A stretch of DNA of 63,362 nt, the filler included, from Octopus bimaculoides (lineage: Eukaryota), in NCBI RefSeq assembly GCF_001194135.2. It is 5 parts of 5 records of this genome, joined end to end, with 100 filler letters (N's around TTAATTAATTAA, not from the genome) between each part and the next. Parts side by side here need not be neighbours in the genome. Positions count along the whole stretch, not along the records: positions 1 to 27,033 come from NC_068984.1; 4 more parts are not named here. The stretch is one strand, 5' to 3'. The position numbers were made by a program, and so were the translations under genes. Positions 1 through 13,096 of this stretch are shown piece after piece; positions within the stretch are counted from its first letter, which is position 1; each line of letters opens with the position of its first letter. The notes under the pieces were generated by a model. It ran no database searches. It was not told where the DNA came from and worked only from the letters and a program-made list of their open reading frames with translations.

Positions 1-179
1 TATATATATATATATATATATTAATACAGAATTGTTAGAATGAAGATTTGTGTGATGTTACGTTAAAAAAATTCGGAAGATAGAACCGAAACAATGCATG
101 ATGAAATAAGTAAATTGTAAAAAGAAAACAATCACGATTTCGAGTTTAACCTCATTTCTATATTTTGGGGATAGAAGCC

Positions 180-500
180 TTCTTGAGGATATGTAGAAAA
201 ATGAAGGATGGTATAAGTCGTTGCCCCTGATGTGTGTGTGGAGAAGGATGTTTACATACCCAAAGTGGTGAGAGCGCAGACTGGTGACATGCACAGATTG
301 GTGAATGCACTGACTGGCGTATTACATTGAGTGGCCCTGATAGTTATTTTGAAATCCTAGTTCTGTCATTCTTGTATGCATTTGGATGTATTTGTGCGCA
401 GTTCTTCATTGTTGTCAATGTGCGGTTTTCTGGTGTTGCTCCCAATATAAGGTGCACCACATTTACTGTAGACTACTTCTAATTCCAGTTAGGCCAGTTA
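180..500 (-). mobile_element. Degenerate Penelope-like GIY-YIG endonuclease relic
   Basis: Minus strand of 441-476 reads VVYSKCGAPYIG, followed by ..NTRK.., resembling the PLE CxxYIGxTxR motif; the rest is decayed. Confidence 0.45.
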
Positions 501-617
501 GGCCCTCGAGCATGTTTTCAAGTTCCTGATGAAGCAAATATTGTGTACTCCGCAGTATGATCTCCAGACGGAGATTTCCGGTTCAACATTGTGTGTATGG
601 GTGCATGCGCGCACACT

Positions 618-669
618 CACACAAACTCACACACACACACACACACACACACGCACGCTTACATACATA

Positions 670-707
<38 letters not shown>

Positions 708-731
708 GTACATACACATATACATATATAC

Positions 732-805
<74 letters not shown>

Positions 806-816
806 GTACATATATA
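618..816. repeat. (CA)n/(TA)n compound microsatellite
   Basis: Directly visible dinucleotide runs; they abut the SINE-A copy at 817. Confidence 0.95.
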
Positions 817-952
817 CGACGGGCTTCTTTCAGTTTCCGCTTACGAAATTCGGCCCGAGGCTACAGAAGAAGACACTATCCTAAGGTGCAACGAAATGAG
901 ACTGAACCACATAGCTGAGAAGCAAATTTATTACCACACAGCCACTCCTGCA
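817..952 (-). mobile_element. SINE family A, 5' part (tRNA-derived head, internally deleted)
   Basis: cgacgggcttctttcagtttccg...gactgaacc...ttaccacacagccactcctgc is the reverse complement of the head seen at 43077-43200 and 50372-50486. Confidence 0.8.
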
Positions 953-1313
953 GTCTTTAATATATAACCCATTTGCAGTATAGTTTAGATGGCTTTCATT
1001 TTCTTTAGTTGTAACTTTAAAGACTTGAGCTATGAGAAATACTCTTTATATTCCATTTTGCATATACTATGTATAAGAACCACAGTATGTCATGTGTAGT
1101 TCTTTCATTTTAAAGGATAAAAGGATTTGATTTGATCAGGCTTTCGTTACTGTCTCTAGCAAATATGGAAAGTCCGGTGAAATTTGTGTAAATGCTTTGG
1201 TTATTATTATAAAACGCAGTTTGTTATCATCTCTGAAAGTTAAATATATGTGTAACTTGGATATACACATACACACGCGTGCACACACACACACGCACAT
1301 ACACACACACAAA

Positions 1314-1345
<32 letters not shown>

Positions 1346-2664
1346 NNNNNNNNNNTATATATATATATATTTATATATGTACACGTATGTGTGTATTCGT
1401 GTATATAAGTATTGTGTTTGTTTGTGTGCAAATCTGTATCTATCTTGTTGGCATATTTCGATAGATATATTGGAGGTTTTATCTCAGTTATCATAAAAGC
1501 CTTCCAGGAATTAAAAGATCTTTTAACGAGAATTTGGCAAAAGTGACTTTGCCGGTGTAATAATCAATGAACCGATAATACTAATCAAAGGATAATTCCA
1601 TGGCTGAAAATAGAAAAATAATGATTTTTTATCAGGCAGATAATGGATGAGGACCATATGATGCATTGTTTTAAATATCGATAATCCAAGGACAGCTTTA
1701 TAGATTTAAAGAACAGTAAATTTTATTTAGGTACAAACGATAGTTTATGGTTGTTAGAAAGAGATAGTGCCAGTCCATTGCCATAATTAGTTTACAATAG
1801 TTAAAGGTAATTTACCAATTCATGTATAATCTTCTTCTTGGTCGCGCTACTTTCACGGATTCCTAAGACTTTCTGTCACCATCCAATTCCAATATTTTGA
1901 ATTTGAATTGGGCGCTTGAGTTATTGTGAATCATTAGCTGATTACACAGCCATGGACGCCGCTCCTATGGATGCGTTTCAATTACTCTATTCATAGGGCT
2001 TGGTGACCTAGACTGTTGATCTTTTAGAATTTTTCCGGTTCTTAGTTTGTAGAAGCTAGCTTGATGTTGCGTTTCTTTATTAGGAGAATCAATGGAGTTG
2101 TAATAATAATATTATCACAAACGTTCCACCAGTTTTAATTAGTTTTTTTTTTTTTTTACTGATAGAGTGTACTCAGAACTGCTTTCCCCGATATATTTTA
2201 CTTCTTTTAATAGGATAGAGTATGATTCATAAGAAATTCGGTGGCTATTTCTATCATTTGGTGTGATCCCGTATAGGTCACCTTCATTGGCTTACAGAAG
2301 CGGATATCTATTGGTGTAGTGAAATATAGAAGCCAATATCTAAGATATTGGTAATGTGAAATATTACATCACGAGATAGCATTACAAATTAACTTAAACT
2401 TGGTGTAAAATCTTGTCATGTGAATTACAACGAACACCTGCTTTCTAAAATATTTTACCGAGGAAATTGTATACACTGCATAAATATTCGTATTGCTTAA
2501 GGGCTTCTTTATTTACGAGATATAGCATATTTCACCGATTCTACGTCAAAACAGAACATTAACTCTTAAATAACCAATAAATCTGGCAACACCATAATTA
2601 TATTTATATCTTGTCAGCCTTCCCAATTATGAATGAATGTACCATTGTGTCTGTACGGCACCTA

Positions 2665-2680
2665 TCTCTCTCTCTCTTTT

Positions 2681-2737
<57 letters not shown>
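2665..2737. repeat. (CT)n microsatellite at a gap edge
   Basis: Visible CT run ending at the N gap. Confidence 0.95.
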
Positions 2738-4888
2738 NNNNNNNNNNNNNNNNNNNNNNNNNNNNNNNNNNNNNNNNNNNNNNNNNNNNNNNNNNNNNNN
2801 NNNNNNNNNNNNNNNNNNNNNNNNNNNNNNNNNNNNNNNNNNNNNNNNNNNNNNNNNNNNNNNNNNNNNNNNNNNNNNNNNNNNNNNNNNNNNNNNNNNN
2901 NNNNNNNNNNNNNNNNNNNNNNNNNNNNNNNNNNNNNNNNNNNNNNNNNNNNNNNNNNNNNNNNNNNNNNNNNNNNNNNNNNNNNNNNNNNNNNNNNNNN
3001 NNNNNNNNNNNNNNNNNNNNNNNNNNNNNNNNNNNNNNNNNNNNNNNNNNNNNNNNNNNNNNNNNNNNNNNNNNNNNNNNNNNNNNNNNNNNNNNNNNNN
3101 NNNNNNNNNNNNNNNNNNNNNNNNNNNNNNNNNNNNNNNNNNNNNNNNNNNNNNNNNNNNNNNNNNNNNNNNNNNNNNNNNNNNNNNNNNNNNNNNNNNN
3201 NNNNNNNNNNNNNNNNNNNNNNNNNNNNNNNNNNNNNNNNNNNNNNNNNNNNNNNNNNNNNNNNNNNNNNNNNNNNNNNNNNNNNNNNNNNNNNNNNNNN
3301 NNNNNNNNNNNNNNNNNNNNNNNNNNNNNNNNNNNNNNNNNNNNNNNNNNNNNNNNNNNNNNNNNNNNNNNNNNNNNNNNNNNNNNNNNNNNNNNNNNNN
3401 NNNNNNNNNNNNNNNNNNNNNNNNNNNNNNNNNNNNNNNNNNNNNNNNNNNNNNNNNNNNNNNNNNNNNNNNNNNNNNNNNNNNNNNNNNNNNNNNNNNN
3501 TATATATATATATATTCATAACGTGCTCGATTTTGTGTTTTGCGTGTGTATATTGGTATGTGTTTGAAATACACCAGATTCCGTGGAGTCAACCTGTAAA
3601 GGGAATTTTACGTAACTTTTTCCCTCTTGAGACACAACGCACCACTTTGGGTAAGTGTCACAGCATATCTTGCGTTATATTCCGGGTTATAATTTTCCCA
3701 ACCATCCTTCAAGTTACTTCCTATCCTGTAAATTCCTCCGCTGGTTGTCTAGTGACAACGGGTGCAGTAGACTTACATTCGGTAGCTCCTAGCCAGGAAA
3801 TGACTCGGAAGCAGCACTTGTATGAATGGAAGCATTTTGATTAGAAGCATCCGGCTTTGCTTACAATGCATCGCAAAATTTCGAGTGAAAAAAAGTACCT
3901 GGAACGTAGCCTGGGACAGCTTTCTCGAACACACCCTTTTCCCTTCATTGATGTTTGATAACGAATGCATAACAATCGTTCATGTCGTTTAAATGTAAAT
4001 AAAATCTAGTCAAGCAGAACATATGGTTAAAATTATGTTAGTCATGTCAATTTTGGCTTTGTTTGGATAACAAGAATCACACTGTCTAATGTATGTGTTT
4101 CTTCAATTTAAATGGATGAAGTGTATTTTGAAGAATATTTCGCCGCTCTTTCTGGCAGGTCATGCAACCAGATGGAGACTCCTGTGTTCATCACATTTAC
4201 AGAAGTATAAACATTTGATATTAAAAATGTTTTCTGCCTATGTTGCATGTAGATTTAATACATAACACGTGGTAACTGCATTACACACATCGTCATCTGC
4301 CAAAGATAAATATGCCTAAGTCAGTTAATATTAGAAAGACGAGGGTGTGTATACAAATTAATAGAATTATTATTTAAGAATGAGGCACATGACAAATGTA
4401 GTTATTATGTACAAAATATTGTTATAAAGAAATGTCATTGAATGTTATAATTTTAAAAGAATATGGTTATTGTAAAGTATGACTATTACGAAATAGGCAA
4501 TATCTAATGAAATACAGTTGCTACACTATATGAAAATACGAAATGAATCATCTATACGAAATGAATCATCTATACGAAATGAATCCCCTATACAAAACCT
4601 TATCGAATACAGATTTAATATTGTTATGAATGGTGGCGAAAATACCAGGGGAAGTCAGCTCCAAGAAACTAATAGCAAAGCAGGATAGAATACATATTTA
4701 AGTAATGAGCTATTAAATTTGAATTCATCAATGTAATAATCGTAGACGGAAGAATGAGGTCATATGCTAACGAATATTTGCGGGTACAAGAGGCAAAGGA
4801 CACTACATCAGAACTGTAAACAATCGGCATTTATTTAAGATAGATTAGCGAAATAATCTGATATGTGGCACTGTGTGACCAACACAGG

Positions 4889-4918
4889 AAATATTTCGGT
4901 CTTATTAGATCTCATCAG
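4889..4918 (-). ncRNA. Minimal hammerhead-ribozyme-like core
   Basis: Minus strand CTGATGA-gatct-aata-agacc-GAAA-tatt; 4/5 stem II pairs; stem I not convincing. Confidence 0.45.
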
Positions 4919-4989
4919 TAAAGCAATGGATCACCACTACAAAAAATGGATGACATAATAAAATAAAGGTAATATTCAATGCAGTTTAC

Positions 4990-5095
4990 AGCGCCTTTCA
5001 TCCTTCTGGGGTTGATAAAATAAAAAGAATATTGGGGTCGATATAATGGACTTCCCCAAACCGCTGCCTGTATGTCAAAATTTGAAACCAATATT
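4990..5095 (+). mobile_element. Old SINE-B fragment
   Basis: gcctttcatccttctggggttgataaa...ggggtcgatataatggac matches the SINE-B core. Confidence 0.6.
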
Positions 5096-7162
5096 ACTTT
5101 TGATATAGAATGTATCCATTGGAGTTTTAATTTTTTATTGACATCTGTATATCTTCTCGAATGAAATGATTTCTTTGTATATTTGTTCCCAAATAATTAG
5201 AATCTAAATAAGAAAGACTACGAATACTAAAGTTGTTTCTAAAGAAAAAAACAAATTCTTCATTTAAACTTCAGTGTTTATTTTACATGATTTTTCTTTT
5301 AATTTCTAACACCAAGTACAATCACTCACAATACATGATATTCCACTTGTTATGATATCACTCTTACATTAACGATGATTTCTTGTTAACAGTATTTTCT
5401 TTGAACTGCATTTTACTTGATATCTGAAAATAAAGAAAGGGCATTCTTACACTCACTTTGCGTCCAAGATGATAAAATGTATCAAAGATTATTTTCAAAT
5501 AGTTGTTTATAATCAATGGTTTCCGTATTTCCATTAACTTCTCAAATATCGGAATATTTACTAGTTTTCTTTACTCAGCTTGAGTTATGTTTTCAGATGT
5601 TGACATATTGCATATCCACATAAATTAGAAGCCAACAAAAGAACCTAGCATTCACATTACTTTATTTGCAGCTGCAACACGTAGCAAACGTTTCTGAATA
5701 AGATTCCATCATTATAAAATGCTTTTACGCAAATTCATTCTAATTTTACGTGTAGTGATGGTAAAAAGAAGCTATTATACTTCATTCTGAAAAAGAACCT
5801 TTAATAACATTTTATCTATCTAGCGAAATCTCATCTCTTTGTGATACATTTTCTATTTGAAATGTTGTCTTTCATCTTATGCTACAGACATGTAAAATGA
5901 TGAGCATTTTCTACATTACTGAGACGTTGGTCAGATAAGATAGTAATATACTATGAAACTAGTAACAAGAAACAGACAAACGAGAGTTCATTTGCACTAT
6001 CGCTCAAATTGTTTTAATTAGTAACCAAATATCTCCCAAATCACAATTTATCATTTGTAAGATAAAGAGTATAAATTGGACGTAGTGGTCCCTTATATAA
6101 AACAAAGACAAGATAGTTTCAGTGGAAAGTACTTTGACAATAATCTGTTGTTCATTTGAGATCAGAGGTAAATCTAGGGATCAGCAACAAATGTAGATAT
6201 GACTGTGAATGCGTTTAAGGCCACACGGAACAACCAATTTTATTCGTAATGATTAGAATTAGCAAGAGCATAATTTGTTGTAATTGTTATTCTTCCCAAA
6301 TCAAGATTTCTAACAGTGAAAATAGTATCAATTATATTCAGGCTGTGGACGTACATTATTTAGAAGAGCTCTTTCTTTGTTAAGACAATAGGCAGTGATT
6401 TAGAAGAGATTTGTTATTTGTTGCCGTATCGAACAACATAGTCTTACGAATACTAAAAGACAGTAGGGTAGTCATGATTTGAAATCTTTTGATCATAAAC
6501 GGGCTTGTCTGATCAATGAGAACCGACTATACTAGAATGCGCTCTAACTAATCACCATATCCAATGCAGCAGAAAATCCAATATCAGTACCAAATACGCT
6601 ATCTTTAAGACAGTTATACAGATTATCTTGTAGATAATAGAAGATGAGATGGTTACGGAACATATAATCTATTCTTTTATTTAATAATCGGTTCCTTTAT
6701 GGACCATACATAGTAGTTTAATGTTTCTCTTCGAAGAATCCATATACAAATCTCCAATCATAAGTTATTAATGGAATTCCAATTTCTTCATATTTATGTA
6801 ATATATGAGTTGTCTTTGCTAGAGAATTGCATAAGAACTTTCTATAATCAAATCATACTAATATAAATTCTTCTTCGTGACATAGAAAGATTTTAAAAAG
6901 AAAGATATATTATTTAGAAAAAAAAAAACCTATTGTAAGCATTAATTATTTTGGCGAAGGTCGGAGTATATTACAAATTAAAATCTTGAAATCATATTCA
7001 TAAATTTCAATTAATATTTCGATAAAGAAATCCAAAATACCCCAATTGTCAATCCACTTTCACCTCTCCATTTTCTCTCTCTCTCTCTGTGCATATACAA
7101 ATATATATATCGTACATAAACACACATGTGCATATATAAATATATGCACTTTCACATTATTT

Positions 7163-7560
7163 ACACATAAAATATTCGTTTAGGTAGCCTGCTGTCTTCT
7201 ATTCTGACAGCATGACCAGTCCAACGCATCCCGTTCACAATTACCATTGTCTCAATGTAGGTGCTGCCAGCTCTCTCAGGAACAACAAAATCAGATATGT
7301 AAGAGGACCACTCGATGTTCAAGATGCGCCAGATACAATGATGACGAAACCTTTCCAAATACGTAATATGATGCCAATAAGTTGTCCACGTTTCATATTC
7401 GTATAGTATAGCTTTAAGAACACATGCCCCATACACAGAGAGCTTCGTAACTCTCGTGATACCCCGGTCCGAGCAGACTCACTTCTGGAGCTTCCCGAAG
7501 ACAGCACTAGATTTCACAATCCTGTGATTTATTTCAGCGTCTGAGGTATAATCTCTACTA
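7163..7560 (-). mobile_element. RTE/BovB-type LINE reverse transcriptase C-terminal relic
   Basis: Translation EINHRIVKSSAVFGKLQK*..RGITRVTKLSVYGACVLKAILYEYETWT..LERFRHHCIWRILNIEW..MRWTGHAVRIEDSRLPKRIFY matches the RTE post-RT motifs LLYGxETW, WAGHVxRM and RLPK. Confidence 0.9.
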
Positions 7561-8118
7561 AGTGTACTTCTAAGGTACAAATTGGTTCAAATTTTTTCCC
7601 TCCCACCAAAATGTTAGGCTCCACATACGCTTCCCCCATTGGCAGAGTGTACATGATGCGTATCCTTTTTAAGCATGTACATGAATTGGATGAAGTGTTC
7701 GACTGTTAACTTTTGCCCTTATGTCTGTTTCACTTCTTCTGTTTCCCTCCTCTCTCCCGCTTTTAATTTAACGATGTGTGTATGTATCTATGTATCAACG
7801 TTTCTTTCCATCTGTGTACCTACTTTTCTTGTGATGTGATAAATATTTAAAAATCCACAAACCGAACGCCGACACCACTCACTGTCTTGTTCAATTTTTC
7901 GCTTTCTCTCTTTCTCTCTCACTATCTCTCTCTTTCTCACTGTCTCTCCTTCTCTCTTAATTCTGTTCTGTCCTCTTCTCACTCACTTTGCCACTCACTT
8001 CTTCCTTTAAACAAGGTACGTACAAAAAGAACAAGCTGGCGTATTAATATTATTGATAATAATAACAGTAATAATAATAATGATAATAACAATAATAATA
8101 ATAATAATAATAATAGTA

Positions 8119-9146
8119 ATAAAACACGAGCAAAACAGAAAACTGTTTTCAGTATTTAAGGAAGCTGACAAATACAAACAAGAAATCAATCTACCTAACA
8201 AATACGAAGAAGAAGAAGAAGAAGAAGAAGAAGAAGAANNNNNNNNNNNNNNNNNNNNNNNNNNNNNNNNNNNNNNNNNNNNNNNNNNNNNNNNNNNNNN
8301 NNNNNNNNNNNNNNNNNNNNNNNNNNNNNNNNNNNNNNNNNNNNNNNNNNNNNNNNNNNNNNNNNNNNNNNNNNNNNNNNNNNNNNNNNNNNNNNNNNNN
8401 NNNNNNNNNNNNNNNNNNNNNNNNNNNNNNNNNNNNNNNNNNNNNNNNNNNNNNNNNNNNNNNNNNNNNNNNNNNNNNNNNNNNNNNNNNNNNNNNNNNN
8501 NNNNNNNNNNNNNNNNNNNNNNNNNNNNNNNNNNNNNNNNNNNNNNNNNNNNNNNNNNNNNNNNNNNNNNNNNNNNNNNNNNNNNNNNNNNNNNNNNNNN
8601 NNNNNNNNNNNNNNNNNNNNNNNNNNNNNNNNNNNNNNNNNNNNNNNNNNNNNNNNNNNNNNNNNNNNNNNNNNNNNNNNNNNNNNNNNNNNNNNNNNNN
8701 NNNNNNNNNNNNNNNNNNNNNNNNNNNNNNNNNNNNNNNNNNNNNNNNNNNNNNNNNNNNNNNNNNNNNNNNNNNNNNNNNNNNNNNNNNNNNNNNNNNN
8801 NNNNNNNNCTCTAAAAGAAATGGAAAAACTTTCAAAATACAAAGACCTGGAAATAGAGGTAACTCGAATGTGGAATCTAAAAACAGATACAATTCCTATT
8901 ATAGTAGGTGCCTTAGGTATAATAAAAAAATATTCAGACAAATACATAACAAAAACATCAGGACTTACAAATATATATAACATACAGAAAATTGCACTAC
9001 TGGGAACAGCACACATCCTACGCAAAACACTTTCAATACAGTAACCATAAGAGCACCACAGCAAACCACAGCACATACCCAAGGCGCACAGAGCTGCGCT
9101 CGGTAGTGAAGTGAAAGCACGTTATAAAAATAAAACTACTGAACAC
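8119..9146 (+). mobile_element. 5'-truncated R4/Dong-like non-LTR retrotransposon (restriction-like endonuclease C-terminus), gap inside
   Basis: After the gap: KEMEKLSKYKDLEIEVTRMWNLKTDTIPIIVGALG..IQKIALLGTAHILRKTLS*, typical of the RLE-clade C-terminus. Before the gap: KHEQNRKLFSVFKEADKYK. Flanked on both sides by (TAA)n. Confidence 0.8.
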
Positions 9147-9288
9147 TAATAATAATAATAATAATTTCTGAATGGTTTTGCTGCCGTTTGTTTATGTTGT
9201 TTGATTTATTTATCCATCAGTTTCTACTAAGATAGAGAAGCGAGTAAAATTAATAATAGAGAAACGAAAATAAAATTTTGGAGATAGT

Positions 9289-9532
9289 CTAAAGGGAGAT
9301 AATTGAGCAAGACTTAAATGTTAACGTAAGATTGTAGTCATGTAAAGTTAATACAACAAATAATCCAGATCCTTGTCCGGTACCGGATCGATCCCAAAAT
9401 CTAATCTATTTGTGCCTGTCACGAGGTCAAACATCCTTGAACGTTTCATCCGAATCCATTCAGCGGTTCTTGAGATATCTTGTCCACGAAGAAACAAACA
9501 CGGCTGAAAACAATACCTCTGCCTTCGCTAAA
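9289..9532 (+). mobile_element. Helentron/DINE-like non-autonomous element, copy 1
   Basis: aaatctaatc..tttcatccgaatccattcagcggttcttgagatatcttg..aaacaaaca..gaaaacaatacctctgcc matches the general HINE layout: internal tetranucleotide repeat and a (partial) 3' GC hairpin. Confidence 0.55.
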
Positions 9533-9576
9533 GTTAACAAAATAGTTACAGACAACGTTAACAAAATAGTTACAGC

Positions 9577-9827
9577 CTAAAGGGAGATAATAGAGAAAGA
9601 CTTGTAAGTTAATGTAAGATCGTAATCATGTAAATTAAAGTAAGTATAACAAATAATCCAGAATCCTTGTTCGGTACCAGATCGATCTCAAAGCAGTTCG
9701 TGCCAGTCACAAGGCCAAACATCCCTGAAAGTTTCATTCGAATCCATCCAGCGGTTCTTGATATATCTTGTCCACGGACAAGCAAACAAACAAACAAACA
9801 GTCGCAACTGAAAACAATACCTCTGCC
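9577..9827 (+). mobile_element. Helentron/DINE-like non-autonomous element, copy 2 (tandem, 288 bp offset)
   Basis: Colinear with copy 1 from ctaaagggagataa to gaaaacaatacctctgcc; (CAAA)n is longer here. Confidence 0.55.
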
Positions 9828-9842
9828 GGAGAGAAATCAGAG

Positions 9843-9843
<1 letters not shown>

Positions 9844-9935
<92 letters not shown>

Positions 9936-9944
9936 GTAATAATA

Positions 9945-9981
<37 letters not shown>

Positions 9982-10035
9982 CGATGATGATAATAATAAT
10001 GGTTATGATGATGATAATAGTAATAGTAATAAAAA
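9844..10035. repeat. (AAT)n microsatellite decaying into (GAT)n
   Basis: Visible trinucleotide run. Confidence 0.95.
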
Positions 10036-10074
10036 CAGTGATGATGCCGTTATTGCTATTTACAGTTTGGTAGA

Positions 10075-10260
10075 ATCGTTAGCGCATCTGAAAAAATCTT
10101 TCTGTGGTATATTTTTTCCTCGTTGTTTACGTCCTGGTTTAAAATATCACTGAGGTTAACTTAGCCTTTCGTTCTTCCGAAGTCAATGAATTAACGTTGT
10201 AGTGAAGTGCAAACACCACTCCACCTAAAATTGCTAGCTTTGTGTTTAAATTAGAAACTA
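10075..10260 (+). mobile_element. Old SINE-B copy
   Basis: gtagaatcgttagcgc...ctgaggttaacttagcctttcgttcttccgaagtcaatgaatt resembles the B head and core. Confidence 0.55.
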
Positions 10261-11004
10261 TAGCTATTTTTATTCATTACTATCATATTTACAACCATCA
10301 CCACTACAACCACCATCGTCACCAGCAGTATTTTCATCGTGATTCATTCTGAATATTTTCGTTCCCATTCCTGTTAATATATATCGATGAAAATATTTGT
10401 AGTCGAGGCCTTTTATACTTTAGTATCTGTTTTTTTTAATTTTTGCTTCGTTCTTGTTTGTTAAATGCTGATGAGGATTTACATTGTTTGCTGTTGGTGT
10501 TGTTGTTGTTGTCACTACTTTTATTTCATACTATTGAGTCATCTTGTCCTTGTCATTTTTAATTTAACAGCGCCATTGTTTTTGTCAATTTTCTAGCATG
10601 CATACCAGAGTGCAGCATTTGATTTGAAAAGACAATTGATGAAACTATTGAATATTACATAAAAATGTGATTACGTGTTCAGCAAGACAAAACAAGGAGC
10701 CACTAAAGCATATTACTTTTTCTTTCAGCTAATTAAGCTTTAAAAATCTCAAACAGTTTTCCATTGAACATTTTAAGGCAAATCAGATAAATATCTAATA
10801 ATGTGTTATTATCAAATTTTAAAATTTGTGTGCTTACAAAATGAGAATGTGTATGTATGTATGTATGTATGTATGTATGTGTGTATGTAGGTATGTATGT
10901 ATGTATGCATGCATGCATGTTTGTATGTATATGTGTATGTATGTATGTATGCAGGCATACATGTAGTTATATGAGCATGTATTCATGTATTCATATATAC
11001 ATAC

Positions 11005-11215
11005 ATATACTTTCAATTGTTTCAGTCGTTTAACTGCGGCATTGCTGCAACACCCCTTGAGTGGTTTATTAGTCGAAAACATCGAACCCGGATCTTATTT
11101 TCTTAAAACCTAATACTCATTTTGTCGTCTCTTTTGCTGAACTGCTAATTTGAGGGGACATAAACACAACATCAGTAGTCAGATGCAGACTCAAAGACAC
11201 ACACACATAGATACA
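11005..11215 (-). mobile_element. SINE family A, 3' part
   Basis: ttgtttcagtcg...tgcggcattgctgcaacacc...ttttgctgaactgctaa..ggggacataaacac is the reverse complement of the tail at 28555-28757. Confidence 0.7.
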
Positions 11216-11283
11216 CACACACATACACATATAAATGGGAAACAAACCTCTTACCACACAGCTACACCTAAGCCTGTATATTA

Positions 11284-11835
11284 CAGGGTGCGTAAGATAT
11301 TTGAGGACAGATTTATATTTATATAAAGAAAGCAGATATATAATAACAGACAATAACTCTATGTCTCAAAAAATGCTATGAGGATTTAAAAAAAAACCTT
11401 CTTTTCTATAATTTTATTCAATAAAGCCACCTTCAGCTTCAACAACTGCTTCTATATCAGATCTAAATCATCTACATACTCGAATCAAGTGGTCCTGGTT
11501 CCTTTTAGACATTACTCTGACTATGGCAGCTTTCAAAGAACCTTTGGTATTATGGGCGTATTCATTGATCTCTCTCTCAACAACGCTCCACAGGTAATAA
11601 TCCAACAGACTGAGATTGGAGAATTAGGAGGCCAAATATTAGGGGTTATGTGATCATGAAAATATTCAGCCATCCATTCCTGTGTGACTAGAGCCATGTG
11701 TGATAGTGCAGAGTCTTACTGAAACACATATGGCCTTCCATTGTATACACTGTCTATCCAGGGCTTAACAATTATTTCCAGGACCTCAATGTAAGCGGCA
11801 GACTTAATTCTATGGCCTTGTGGAAAGAAGTTTTC
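11284..11835 (-). mobile_element. Tc1/mariner DD37D (maT-type) transposon, 3' end
   Basis: AAYIEVLEIIVKPWIDSV..FQ*DSALSH..WPPNSP(D)L..LDYY gives 37 residues between the aspartates once one frameshift is corrected. The terminus TA|CAGGGTGCGTAAGAT is at 11282-11298. Confidence 0.8.
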
Positions 11836-11924
11836 ATATTTCATGTTATTTACGTTATTTATATTCTGTGACGTCCTGTACCCATATATGCATATGCATA
11901 TACATATATATGTATGTATATATG

Positions 11925-11973
<49 letters not shown>

Positions 11974-12017
11974 TATATGATTGAATGCCATGCATCCATT
12001 TCCAAGTAAGTTTATCT

Positions 12018-12061
<44 letters not shown>

Positions 12062-12394
12062 NNNNNNNNNNNNNNNNNNNNNNNNNNNNNNNNNNNNNNN
12101 NNNNNNNNNNNNNNNNNNNNNNNNNNNNNNNNNNNNNNNNNNNNNNNNNNNNNNNNNNNNNNNNNNNNNNNNNNNNNNNNNNNNNNNNNNNNNNNNNNNN
12201 NNNNNNNNNNNNNNNNNNNNNNNNNNNNNNNNNNNNNNNNNNNNNNNNNNNNNNNNNNNNNNNNNNNNNNNNNNNNNNNNNNNNNNNNNNNNNNNNNNNN
12301 NNNNNNNNNNNNNNNNNNNNNNNNNNNNNNNNNNNNNNNNNNNNNNNNNNNNNNNNNNNNNNNNNNNNNNNNNNNNNNNNNNNNNNNNCAGTAC

Positions 12395-12605
12395 TGTTTC
12401 TTTTATACCTCGAACTTATTCTATCGGTGTCTTTTGACAAATCGTTGTAGTAAGGGGACGTAAGCAGACGAACACCCGTTGTCAAGCGGTGCAGGGGAGG
12501 GAGGGGGAAACACAAACACAAAAATATGTACACATACACACACATTGATATATATATATAATGTGAAGGTCTTTAGTTTCCGTCTACTAAATTCACTCAC
12601 AAGGC
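12395..12605 (-). mobile_element. SINE family A, internal part with microsatellite
   Basis: ggggacgtaagc..ccgttgtcaagcggtg (body) then CA/TA repeats, then tttagtttccgtctactaaattcactcacaaggc (head end). Confidence 0.7.
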
Positions 12606-13062
12606 GGTGTGCGCGATGTTGTGTAGATTCTGATAGGAGAAGTGTGAATAATAGACGATGTGTTGCAAGCATACGTATGTGTGTGCGTCTGTGGTTTGTA
12701 GTGTTTGCGTCTATGACTGGTAATGCATGCATACGTGCGTGCGTGCGTGCGTGCGTGCGGCTGGGTGGCGATAATGGTGATGCTATTATGTGTGATTTGG
12801 GGCGAACCGTTGTTATTATTGTTGTTTGGTAGTGACGGTAGAAGTGCTAATGTATGTGGTATGTGTGTGAGCACGTGTGTATGTGTGTGTATGTGTGTGT
12901 TTGTGTGCTGTATAGGCACGCACCTGCACTCACACAAACACCTCATACACACATATACAAAAGACTGTCTCTCCCTCCGTCTCTGTCTGTTTCTCGTTCT
13001 CTCTCCCTCCATCCTTCTCCCTCTCTCTCTCCTTCCCTCCCTCCCACTCTTTCTCTCTGTCA

Positions 13063-13096
<34 letters not shown>

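Noticed and set aside
4536-4592. 18-bp unit repeated three times (similar short duplications at 33617-33663 and 31095-31130)
   Set aside because: Ordinary slippage duplications.
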